NCBI GenBank assembly: GCA_039815185.1 | Contig: JBCBZT010000005.1 | Coordinates: 32,001 to 96,000 of the forward strand | Direction of reading: 5' to 3' | DNA length: 64,000 bases | Source of the DNA: Cyanobacteria bacterium P01_A01_bin.123 | GTDB taxonomy: Bacteria > Cyanobacteriota > Cyanobacteriia > Phormidesmidales > Phormidesmidaceae | Shown: positions 38,358 through 47,092 of the stretch, piece by piece | How the letters are laid out: each line of letters begins with the position of its first letter | Numbering within the stretch: position 1 is the first letter of the stretch | Translations under genes and position numbers: made by a program | The notes under the pieces: generated by a model | What the model saw: only the letters and a program-made list of their open reading frames with translations | Told to the model about the DNA's origin: nothing | The model's database searches: none

Positions 38358-41051
38358 CTAGCAAACTGTTATCATTTTAGCTCTAACTTCTTCAACAATC
38401 TTAGTTGAGACACGAGAAGCGGCTTTAATACATAGCGACAAGATGTAGTTAGCATAAAAATACTGCTCTATATGTACTGATTCCTCTAAGCTGATTGATG
38501 TAATGTGTTTTGGCAAGTCAAAAAGTTCAATGCAAATTTGCTTCAATGAGTTAGAGGCCATATCAATATATTCAACGAGATGCCTTCTTCTCAATGTCTT
38601 TTCGGATTCAGATACTGGTCTTTGGCTGCTAGGCAAAGTGATGGTCAAATTCTCCAAACCAGGTAAAATATCGTGAAGTTTAGCTTCTCTAAATATAGAA
38701 ATGTGAGTTGATCTTTGAACTTGCTCCTTGGACATGTGATGTATACTCTGCATAGCATTTTTGATCTTTTGATTGCGATGCTGACGCAACTCTTTCTGTA
38801 AGGTTTTGGTTCTATCCAAAGCTAAGCTAAGCGTTCTTTCAATCTCCGATATGCGTGACAAGTGTAGTTTATTGTTGCTTATTCCATCTCTTGCAATTTC
38901 GCTAACAGTTACAAGCAAATCAACGATACTTCTCAAAATCACAAAATCACTAGAAAGTTCTGTTTCATAAGGGAATCTTGCTTCGTATGGCCAATGTTGT
39001 GACCAATAGATTGACGAGTTAATATTCTTTTTTAAATCTTGATTTTTCTCTTCTACTACCAAATAATCTAATGCACATTTCAATAAAAAAGTACGTTCTT
39101 TAAGCCCCGCATAATTCTCTCTACTATGATGGCTACATTTCTCTGATGCCCAAGAAAGAAGACTTGTTAACTTGTCAATCTTAGCTAAGGTCTTTGTTTC
39201 ATCGAGAATGCACCGGATCATCTCATCTGCTCCTGGATTGAATAGCATGAGTCCAGAAACAAGAGGAAACACTGAACGCCAGCGTTTGTTGGTTAGACTA
39301 TCTTTAACTAACTTTTTGAATCCATATGATTCATGCACGAATTTTGCAACTAAGTACTCTTGAAAGGTTAAATGAGAAAATAAATAAATAACTTCCCCTG
39401 ATTCCGTGGAATGTTCTACCAAGATGCCTTGAGTTGTTGTCAATTCCTTCAAAACAGAGTTGCTTGTTAAGTTCAGAGGTGAGTTTCTGTTGCTATCTAT
39501 AAACTCTTGTATTTGGCCATTGAGTGAATTTTTTGTTGCAAAAAGGTGGTTGGATTTAAAGCTTTCAAATGCTATTTCTGCTAAGAGTGTCTCTTCCATA
39601 TGCAGCTCAAGCTTCTTAAAAATTCCTTGTGATTTAGCCGATTTCTCCGCTGGCCATTCCTTTAGGAGGATATGTAGTGCTTGCTTATAGAGAAAAACTC
39701 TGTTTTCGGGGAAATCACGATAGTAATCGTAGATTAAACAGAGATATGTTAGAAACAAGGGTGTCCTTGACAGTTCCCTTGCATTAGCATTCTCGGGCCT
39801 TTGCAAAAGGTTGAAGCAGTTGTCGGCTGTTTTTTCTGAGATATGCTCCTCGGAGTTGAACCATTTTCTAATAAATTTTAAAACCTTTTTATTGTCGAAA
39901 TCAACGATTCTAGCTTTGCTAAAATTATCAATGCATTCTATGTTTTCAACTGCCTGATAAGCTGCGGCCCTGCATGAAATGATTATCCTATTGTGCATGT
40001 AATTTTCGACAAGTTGTCTGATATTATCCTTTACAACTTGCAAATTTGATTCGGAAACTTCATCCAATCCGTCTAGTATGATTATTAATTTTCCAAGCCT
40101 AAGTGCAGCACTAGAAAATTCAAGGGCACAACGAATACCAACTGCTCTAAATTCTTTTGCAATAACTCTGACGATATCTGGTGTATCATTGGAGAGTTTT
40201 TTCAAGTCGAGGAAGAGTGGTACGCTATAGCTATTGTTCTCGTTCAACTTTCTGATGGAGCCTAAAGCAATCATCTTCAGAAAAATGGACTTCCCAGAAC
40301 CAGCATCCCCAAAGATAATCATGTGCTTATTTTCTTTGAAGAAGGAGAAGGCAGAAGTGCTTTCTCCTTCTCCTCGTGGCATTGGCATTCTGTTCAAAAA
40401 TGTATGCGATAATTTCTTGACAGAAGACTTTTGGAGAAAGTTGCCGACGTCGCACACTTCAATATCTGTATAAACGGAGCTTAGAGGTCTTGCGTCAGAC
40501 ATGCCTAAAACGCTTAGGCTTCCATACCTGCTCTCATATGACTCAACGAATTTTTTCGCGCCTCCATGGATAATCTGTTCATCCTCATTCAACCCCTGAA
40601 ATTCTAATAACTCTTGTATGAGATTGCTTAGCCTATCTATTACTTTATGTTGATGAGTTTGATCAATAATTATATCTTCATCAAGTTTGCCTTTGATGAT
40701 GCCAGGTAACGTCAAAACTTTTCTAAATTGTTCAACGGTTCCGCGTGCAGTAACAACATTGCTAGTTTGTCCACCTGCAAGCTCAATTGAAAACTCTTTG
40801 ATCTTATCTTTTGTTTTGCCAATGCTATGGTTAATCAACTCAGTTTGTCTAGAAATCGCAGCTTCTCGATATGCTTTTCTAGACTTGTAATTCTTAGGAT
40901 CTATACTGTCTTTATACTGAACTTCCTGGCTTATATTCCCTGTGTCAAGATGCAGAATAAGTGTCAAAAACCGATTTTTTTTGTCTTGCAAGAGGATTTC
41001 TTTGAGTTCATCATCCACTTTAGAAAGAATTGCCTTACTTATCTTTTGCAT
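38358..41051 (-). CDS. NACHT (NLR-like STAND) ATPase with propeptide-like N-terminal domain and C-terminal helical domain
   Basis: Walker A GDAGSGKS, Walker B IILDGLDE, ISCR, TPLFL, FSHLTFQEYLVA; C-terminal EQYFYAN.IL..C..AA.RVS. Confidence 0.9.
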   Translation of the reverse strand: MQKISKAILSKVDDELKEILLQDKKNRFLTLILHLDTGNISQEVQYKDSIDPKNYKSRKAYREAAISRQTELINHSIGKTKDKIKEFSIELAGGQTSNVVTARGTVEQFRKVLTLPGIIKGKLDEDIIIDQTHQHKVIDRLSNLIQELLEFQGLNEDEQIIHGGAKKFVESYESRYGSLSVLGMSDARPLSSVYTDIEVCDVGNFLQKSSVKKLSHTFLNRMPMPRGEGESTSAFSFFKENKHMIIFGDAGSGKSIFLKMIALGSIRKLNENNSYSVPLFLDLKKLSNDTPDIVRVIAKEFRAVGIRCALEFSSAALRLGKLIIILDGLDEVSESNLQVVKDNIRQLVENYMHNRIIISCRAAAYQAVENIECIDNFSKARIVDFDNKKVLKFIRKWFNSEEHISEKTADNCFNLLQRPENANARELSRTPLFLTYLCLIYDYYRDFPENRVFLYKQALHILLKEWPAEKSAKSQGIFKKLELHMEETLLAEIAFESFKSNHLFATKNSLNGQIQEFIDSNRNSPLNLTSNSVLKELTTTQGILVEHSTESGEVIYLFSHLTFQEYLVAKFVHESYGFKKLVKDSLTNKRWRSVFPLVSGLMLFNPGADEMIRCILDETKTLAKIDKLTSLLSWASEKCSHHSRENYAGLKERTFLLKCALDYLVVEEKNQDLKKNINSSIYWSQHWPYEARFPYETELSSDFVILRSIVDLLVTVSEIARDGISNNKLHLSRISEIERTLSLALDRTKTLQKELRQHRNQKIKNAMQSIHHMSKEQVQRSTHISIFREAKLHDILPGLENLTITLPSSQRPVSESEKTLRRRHLVEYIDMASNSLKQICIELFDLPKHITSISLEESVHIEQYFYANYILSLCIKAASRVSTKIVEEVRAKMITVC

Positions 41052-41054
41052 AAC

Positions 41055-42296
41055 TCACCATGCTTGAACTAGTCCGGAACCTTGTCGTGCCTGATTGTCA
41101 AGAGATTTGCATCTCGAACAAAGCATTTCTTTTAGTTCGTCTAGTTGCAATTGAGGGTTTTCCCCTAATATCAAGGCTGCTATACCGGAAACAATAGCCG
41201 TTGCCATAGATGTTCCCGTCTCGGCTTCATAATTTCCATTTGGAACACAAGAGAAGATTTCAAAGCCAGGAGCAACCAAGGAAGGGATTTCACATCTTCC
41301 GTGATTATCTAAAGTGTACGTGCCGCCGCCGCTGAACCCAGCTACTTTATTTTTTTTGTCGGTTGCACCCACAGAAAGAACTTCAGGATAGATTGCAGGA
41401 CTCTTAATAGTACTTGCACCATCATTTCCTACTGCAGAGACTAAAAGAACACCGGATGCTGCGACGCTCGCTACTATATCTTCCAGCGCCCCGCCATCGT
41501 CCTCAATTTCGATGCCTGCTGATACATTGACGATGCTGACTTCTGGTTTCGTACAAACGTGGTCTAATGCTCGAATCAGTCGCACTAGAGATCCCTTACC
41601 CCTAGGAAGCACAACGCAACTTAGTAACGAAGCATTTTTAGCGATACCAGTTTTACTACCGCAGATTAATCCCGCAATATGTGTGCCATGTTTATGAGTA
41701 TCTCTGGAGTATTTTTGTCGATTGAAATTTAGGCTCTCACCATCAAACTCATACGCTGATATGGTTGTATTGCGAAAGTCTTCATGCCTTGAGTCTATAC
41801 CAGTATCAATGACCGCCACTGTAACATCAGCGCCGAATTGACTGTTTCTATGAAGCCTCAATGTGTCATAGCCAATCTCTCTGAGATGCCATAAATGACT
41901 CTCATCGACTTGTTCTGTATATCGTGGATTTCTGGTCTTTAGCGAGTTAGGGTATATTGCCGCTGACTCTGGAGATATTAGCCTTATAGGCTGGTCGCGG
42001 ACAATTTTCAGCCCCGTTAAATCTTTTTGGATTTTTTCAACTTCGTCTTCTGGTAAGTCGAGGATACTGGCACCAGTAACGCTTGGATCCATTGGGCCTT
42101 TTATTACTTCTAATCTATGCTCTTGCTTAGCTTCCGAAAGCCACGCCTGCAATTCCACCTGATGTGGTTCTTCGCGATTTAGCTGAATAATACGCTCTAC
42201 CTGCTTTCGTCTACTAGTTGGATCCAGTCCAATTGAATCAAAGCTAAGGGGATGGACAGATGAAGCTTCTTCAGGACGAACAATATATATTGCCAC
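41055..42296 (-). CDS. S8 subtilisin-like serine protease, no signal peptide
   Basis: Catalytic triad VAVIDTG, HGTHIAG, GTSMAT and oxyanion AVGN; GTG start. Confidence 0.93.
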   Translation of the reverse strand: MAIYIVRPEEASSVHPLSFDSIGLDPTSRRKQVERIIQLNREEPHQVELQAWLSEAKQEHRLEVIKGPMDPSVTGASILDLPEDEVEKIQKDLTGLKIVRDQPIRLISPESAAIYPNSLKTRNPRYTEQVDESHLWHLREIGYDTLRLHRNSQFGADVTVAVIDTGIDSRHEDFRNTTISAYEFDGESLNFNRQKYSRDTHKHGTHIAGLICGSKTGIAKNASLLSCVVLPRGKGSLVRLIRALDHVCTKPEVSIVNVSAGIEIEDDGGALEDIVASVAASGVLLVSAVGNDGASTIKSPAIYPEVLSVGATDKKNKVAGFSGGGTYTLDNHGRCEIPSLVAPGFEIFSCVPNGNYEAETGTSMATAIVSGIAALILGENPQLQLDELKEMLCSRCKSLDNQARQGSGLVQAW

Positions 42297-42301
42297 GGTA
42301 G

Positions 42302-42347
42302 ATCAGAGAGATAATATACTACAAATCAGAGAGATAACATACTACAA
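42302..42347. repeat. 23-bp tandem duplication (1 mismatch)
   Basis: ATCAGAGAGATAAYATACTACAA x2, immediately before the S8 start codon. Confidence 0.9.
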
Positions 42348-42542
42348 ATCAATATATTGAGATGCATGCCTTTGTCTAGTCCAGTAGATACCTATACATG
42401 CTTTGCGCCAAAAGCATACGCATACCTCTTTACCTGAAAAGATCGAAGACAACCCACAATCTATGAGTTTCCCATATAGTACAGATACTATTTTCAACTT
42501 ACAAGGATATATATTTCAATACATCGTAGAGAACTTTGATTA

Positions 42543-43034
42543 TCAGCATTTTCTCTGCTGGCGAATCCAGCGGGTTAAGTGTAACCCTAAGAAATAACTA
42601 ACAACGGCACAAAATAGCCCCATTACAAAACATCCCAAAAACAGGGTGATGGTAATATCAGCGCCCATGCTCATCCAAGATTTCAGGGCATCTACATCTT
42701 CAAAAGCATTAGCTTGAGCCTGATTGCCCAAGATCAGCCGCCCCACCCGATAATTAAAAAAGTAGATCGGTACATAGGTAAACGGATTGCTGATCCAGGT
42801 GGCGGCAGCAGCCATAATTTTGTTGCCCCGAATCACCGCAGCAATGACAACTCCAATGATGGTTTGCAAACCAAACAGCGGGAAAAGCCCAGCAAAAACG
42901 CCTGCAGCAATGCCCCGGGAAATTTCTTGCGGGCTGCCACGCATCCTGACAAAGCGCAGGTAAAAATAGCGTAAGCGACGCCGCCAGCGCTTTTGGGGAG
43001 AGTAGGATTTAAGATGCTGGCGTGGGTGAGTCAC
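42543..43034 (-). CDS. DUF2062 membrane protein
   Basis: GSPQEISRGIAAGVFAG.FP, WISNPFT..PIY. Confidence 0.88.
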   Translation of the reverse strand: MTHPRQHLKSYSPQKRWRRRLRYFYLRFVRMRGSPQEISRGIAAGVFAGLFPLFGLQTIIGVVIAAVIRGNKIMAAAATWISNPFTYVPIYFFNYRVGRLILGNQAQANAFEDVDALKSWMSMGADITITLFLGCFVMGLFCAVVSYFLGLHLTRWIRQQRKC

Positions 43035-43225
43035 TCAAGGGCTCCCGTAATTGACCAAACTCTATTCTAAAGGGCGACCTCCGCCAGGGTTGGAAAACTC
43101 ATTTAGACTCATTTCAACTGAATCAAGGTTCAGCATCGCTTCACAATAGGTTCACAATGATAAGGGTTGCCTTTGTGTCAACGTTGGCCTGCTAGGCTGG
43201 AAAATCGAGGATTGTTGAGCCGTCC

Positions 43226-44656
43226 GTGACCGTCAATTCTAAAACCGTAAAACTTAAAACGACAAACGCTGCTGCCTCCATTGTGCAGGGCGAAACGATT
43301 GCCGCGATCGCGACCGCAGTGGTTCCCCAACAAGGTAGCGTGGGAATCGTACGGCTTTCTGGCGTAGACGCGATCGCCATTGGTAAAACCCTGTTTCAGG
43401 CACCGGGCAATCAACCCTGGGAGTCCCACCGGATTCTCTATGGCTTTGTGCGTCATCCCCAAACCCAGGCAACGGTTGATGAAGCATTGCTACTCCTAAT
43501 GCGATCGCCCCGGTCTTATACCAAAGAAGATGTGGTGGAGTTCCACTGCCATGGGGGCATCATGGCGGTACAGCAGGTGTTGCAGTTGTGTGTGGCCCAG
43601 GGGGCACGGCTGGCAGAGCCGGGGGAATTTACGCTGCGTGCCTTTCTTAACGGCCGGCTAGATCTGACTCAAGCCGAAGGCATTGCTGATTTGGTCGGGG
43701 CGCGATCGCCCCAAGCCGCCCAAATAGCCCTAGCAGGGGTGCAGGGTAAGTTAGCGGGTGCGATTCGTCATTTTCGGGCCACTTGCTTGGACATTTTGGC
43801 AGAGGTAGAAGCCCGAATCGATTTCGAAGATGACCTACCGCCTTTGGATGAAGCAGCTGTTCAGCACCAGCTCAACGCCGTCTTCGCTCAGGTGAATCAG
43901 ATTCTGGCTACTGCCCATCAGGGGGAACTGCTGCGTGCTGGCATCAAAGTCGCCATTGTGGGGCGTCCCAATGTGGGCAAGTCCAGCTTGTTGAATGCCT
44001 GGAGCCGCAGCGATCGCGCCATTGTCACTGACCTCCCCGGCACCACCCGCGACGTCGTCGAATCTCAGTTGGTCGTGGGCGGGATTCCGGTGCAGGTGCT
44101 TGACACCGCAGGCATTCGTGATGCTACCGACCGGGTGGAAAAGTTAGGGATTGAGCGATCCCAAGCGGCGGCTCAGGCCGCAGATTTGGTGCTGTTGGTG
44201 ACTGATGCTCAAGCAGGCTGGACGGTAGAAGATGGGCTGCTTTATGAGCAGGTGAAGGGGCGTCCGCTGATTCTCGTGCTAAATAAAGTGGATTTAGTTG
44301 CGGGGGATGTCAGTGCAGAGGTTCTGCCTGGAATCGGTCTGCCCATGGTTTACACGGCTGCTGCCCAGAACCAAGGCATAGTGGATTTGGAAGCAACCAT
44401 TTTGCAGACCATCCAAACTGACAATCTCGTTGCCGCCAATACTGATCTAGCCATCAACCAGCGCCAAGCTGCTGCCCTGACTCGCGCCCAAGTCGCCCTG
44501 ACTCAAGTGCAGCAAACTTTGCAAAATTCCTTGCCCCTGGATTTCTGGACGATTGATTTACGTATCGCCATCCAAGCGCTGGGGGAAATCACCGGAGAAG
44601 ATCTGACTGAATCGATGCTGGGACAAATCTTTAGTCGGTTTTGTATTGGGAAATAA
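43226..44656 (+). CDS. mnmE: tRNA modification GTPase MnmE/TrmE
   Basis: [34 protein letters not shown]. Confidence 0.97.
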   Translation: MTVNSKTVKLKTTNAAASIVQGETIAAIATAVVPQQGSVGIVRLSGVDAIAIGKTLFQAPGNQPWESHRILYGFVRHPQTQATVDEALLLLMRSPRSYTKEDVVEFHCHGGIMAVQQVLQLCVAQGARLAEPGEFTLRAFLNGRLDLTQAEGIADLVGARSPQAAQIALAGVQGKLAGAIRHFRATCLDILAEVEARIDFEDDLPPLDEAAVQHQLNAVFAQVNQILATAHQGELLRAGIKVAIVGRPNVGKSSLLNAWSRSDRAIVTDLPGTTRDVVESQLVVGGIPVQVLDTAGIRDATDRVEKLGIERSQAAAQAADLVLLVTDAQAGWTVEDGLLYEQVKGRPLILVLNKVDLVAGDVSAEVLPGIGLPMVYTAAAQNQGIVDLEATILQTIQTDNLVAANTDLAINQRQAAALTRAQVALTQVQQTLQNSLPLDFWTIDLRIAIQALGEITGEDLTESMLGQIFSRFCIGK

Positions 44657-44665
44657 CCCTGCCCC

Positions 44666-46417
44666 ATGAAATTATTGCCCCTCAGAAAATCTGTCTCCGA
44701 CGCCTTGGTGGCGCAACCCTACCATTGGCCCACAGGGCTATTGATGTTCGGTAGCGGTCTGGTCATGGGCCTGGCACCAGCCCCGCTCAATCTTTGGCCC
44801 CTGGCTTGGCTCGCGATCGCGCCCTTGTGGTTCCTCCGCCTGCAAACCCTGCCGTCTTCCAAGCCTTTTGCCTTAAAACCCCTACTCTATCCCTTACTCT
44901 GGGGGCTAGGTTATCACGGCTTTGCCCTGGCTTGGATTACTCACCTCCATCCGCTGATGTGGATGGGCATTCCCTGGTTAGGTAGCATCGCGATCGCGCT
45001 GTTTGCCTGGGTATTTATTACGCTTTGGGGCGCAGCGTTAGTGGTGATTTGGTTTGGGGTATGTGGTTGGGCTTGGGGAATTCAGAGAGGAAGGAAGATA
45101 GAGGAGAGAGGAGAAGAAGTTAAGAGTCAGAATTCAAAATTCAAAATTCAAAATCCAAAATTCAAAATTCAAAATTGGCAAGAAAAAGAAGATTCTGCTC
45201 GGATGACGTACAGCCTTATCTATCGGCTGATCACGGCGATGGCGCTCTGGTGTGCGTTGGAAACGATCTGGAGCTGGGGTCCACTGTATTGGACTTCGAT
45301 TTCTTATACGCAGAGTCCGGGTAATCTGTGGCTGTTGCAGTGGGGCAAGGTGTCTGGGCAGTTTGGGATTAGTGCTGTGTTGATGCTGAGCAATGGATTG
45401 CTGGCGGAAACCTGGGCATTGCGGTGGCGTTTTCCAGGCGACTCTAATATTTGGCGACGCGGGGCGGTCGCACTGGTGGCTTTTTTCATTGCGGCCCACG
45501 GGATTGGGTGGGGAATGCAGCAGGGGGCGATCGCTGATAATCCAGATCAAAAGCTCACCATTGGTTTGATTCAGGGCAACATTCCGACTCGCATTAAGCT
45601 GACGCCAGCAGGGGAGCGGCAAGCGATCGAGCGGTATACCCAGGGCTATGAAACTTTAGCGGATCAAGGCGTAGACGCAGTAGTCACACCAGAAGCGGCG
45701 CTGCCTATTTTGTGGCAGCGGGCTAAGTCCCAAAATCCCCTGTATCGAGCGGTGCGTAATCGGGGGGTGCCGTTGTGGTTAGGGACTTTCGCAATTGCAT
45801 CCGATCAACCCTCAACCTCAAGTTGGTCGCCGCCGTTGACCCAAAGTCTGCTATCGATTGATGGCAATGGAGAGACCATAGGCCGCTATAACAAAGTGAA
45901 GCTGGTGCCTCTGGGGGAATATATCCCCTTTGAGCGTGTTCTGGGAGCGCTGATTCAGCGATTGTCTTCGATGAGCGGCAGCTTAGTGCCGGGTGAGCCG
46001 ACCCAGGTGTTTGCGACCCCTTTGGGTAATGTTGTTGTCGGCATTTGCTATGAATCGGCCTATGGAGAAGTGTTTCGACGACAAACGGCTCAAGGGGGCC
46101 AGTTGATTGTGACCTCGTCTAATAATGATCCGTATCCGCCGTCGATGTTGATGCAACATCACGCTCAGGATGTGATGCGGGCGGTGGAAAGCGATCGCTG
46201 GTCGGTGCGCGTGACGAATACGGGTATTTCAGGGTTGGTGGATGCTCAGGGGCATACGCACTGGCTGGCGCAACCGGATGAGTATGTGACCTATGCGGCT
46301 ACGGTGTATCTTCGTCAAGGTCAAACGCTGTATGTGCGGTGGGGGAATTGGTTGACTTGGGTACTGGTCGCGATCGCGGTTGGTTTTGCTTTAATAACGA
46401 GAGGCTATGCTAGATAA
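44666..46417 (+). CDS. lnt: Apolipoprotein N-acyltransferase (with repeat-derived insertion)
   Basis: QGNIP, PEAA, KVKLVPLGE, ICYES, TNTGISG. Confidence 0.92.
   Translation: MKLLPLRKSVSDALVAQPYHWPTGLLMFGSGLVMGLAPAPLNLWPLAWLAIAPLWFLRLQTLPSSKPFALKPLLYPLLWGLGYHGFALAWITHLHPLMWMGIPWLGSIAIALFAWVFITLWGAALVVIWFGVCGWAWGIQRGRKIEERGEEVKSQNSKFKIQNPKFKIQNWQEKEDSARMTYSLIYRLITAMALWCALETIWSWGPLYWTSISYTQSPGNLWLLQWGKVSGQFGISAVLMLSNGLLAETWALRWRFPGDSNIWRRGAVALVAFFIAAHGIGWGMQQGAIADNPDQKLTIGLIQGNIPTRIKLTPAGERQAIERYTQGYETLADQGVDAVVTPEAALPILWQRAKSQNPLYRAVRNRGVPLWLGTFAIASDQPSTSSWSPPLTQSLLSIDGNGETIGRYNKVKLVPLGEYIPFERVLGALIQRLSSMSGSLVPGEPTQVFATPLGNVVVGICYESAYGEVFRRQTAQGGQLIVTSSNNDPYPPSMLMQHHAQDVMRAVESDRWSVRVTNTGISGLVDAQGHTHWLAQPDEYVTYAATVYLRQGQTLYVRWGNWLTWVLVAIAVGFALITRGYAR
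45131..45178 (+). repeat. Six AATTCAA-type heptamers inside lnt
   Basis: aattcaa x3, aatccaa, aattcaa x2, aattgg; lies within the SQNSKFKIQNPKFKIQNW segment. Confidence 0.9.
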
Positions 46418-46477
46418 GAAAGCGAAAGCACGCATCATCAATGCATTTGATTTCAATTCGGAAACTTCGTGCTAATA

Positions 46478-46879
46478 ATGACTCTTACTTTTGACTCAGC
46501 AGTCTATAACGATTTACTTGTAGAGGTGACTCCAAAGGTTATTGAAACTGAACCAGAGTATGAGCGAACTTTGGCGATTGTGGAGGAGCTAACCTTCAAC
46601 CAGAATCGGACGCCAGAGCAAGTTGCACTACACAAACTATTGGTGATGTTGGTTGAGGCTTATGAAATAGAGAATTATCCAGTAGCACAGCCCTCACCTG
46701 GCGAGATTTTACGCCACATTATGGAGGCTAGTGGAACTCGTCATGTTGATTTGGTGGGAATTCTTGGTTCTAGTGATGTTGTGTCAGATATTGTGGATGG
46801 TAAAAGAGAAGTCAGTGAAACTCAGGCTCAAATTTTAGCTGATTTTTTTAAGACATCACCGAGTTTATTTAGTCGTTAG
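46478..46879 (+). CDS. HigA-like HTH antitoxin/transcriptional regulator
   Basis: PKVIETE.EYE, LLV.LVEAYE, C-terminal HTH ending GKREVS. Confidence 0.8.
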   Translation: MTLTFDSAVYNDLLVEVTPKVIETEPEYERTLAIVEELTFNQNRTPEQVALHKLLVMLVEAYEIENYPVAQPSPGEILRHIMEASGTRHVDLVGILGSSDVVSDIVDGKREVSETQAQILADFFKTSPSLFSR

Positions 46880-47066
46880 ATTTAGATGATATCAATAAGG
46901 AGCTGATATTGACAATCTCGACGCCAATTAGCTTACCAGCTTCATTGAATTCGGCTGTAATGTTAGGGGAAATTTCTACACTCGCGGTTTCGGCTCCATC
47001 AGAGATAGCCAGGTGTAAAATATCTTCTTTCTCAAAATAATTCAGTTTCACATTTTTGCTGGTCAT
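46869..47066 (-). CDS. DUF2283 domain protein
   Basis: Y...EDILHL...SVEISPNITAEFN..G.LIGVEI. Confidence 0.75.
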   Translation of the reverse strand: MTSKNVKLNYFEKEDILHLAISDGAETASVEISPNITAEFNEAGKLIGVEIVNISSLLISSKSND

Positions 47067-47092
47067 CAATGTTGGTGACAAGTTGGTGACAA

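Noticed and set aside
38358..42296. IetAS toxin-antitoxin assignment
   Set aside because: The ATPase is a ~900-aa NACHT rather than a classical AAA+, and additional genes are present
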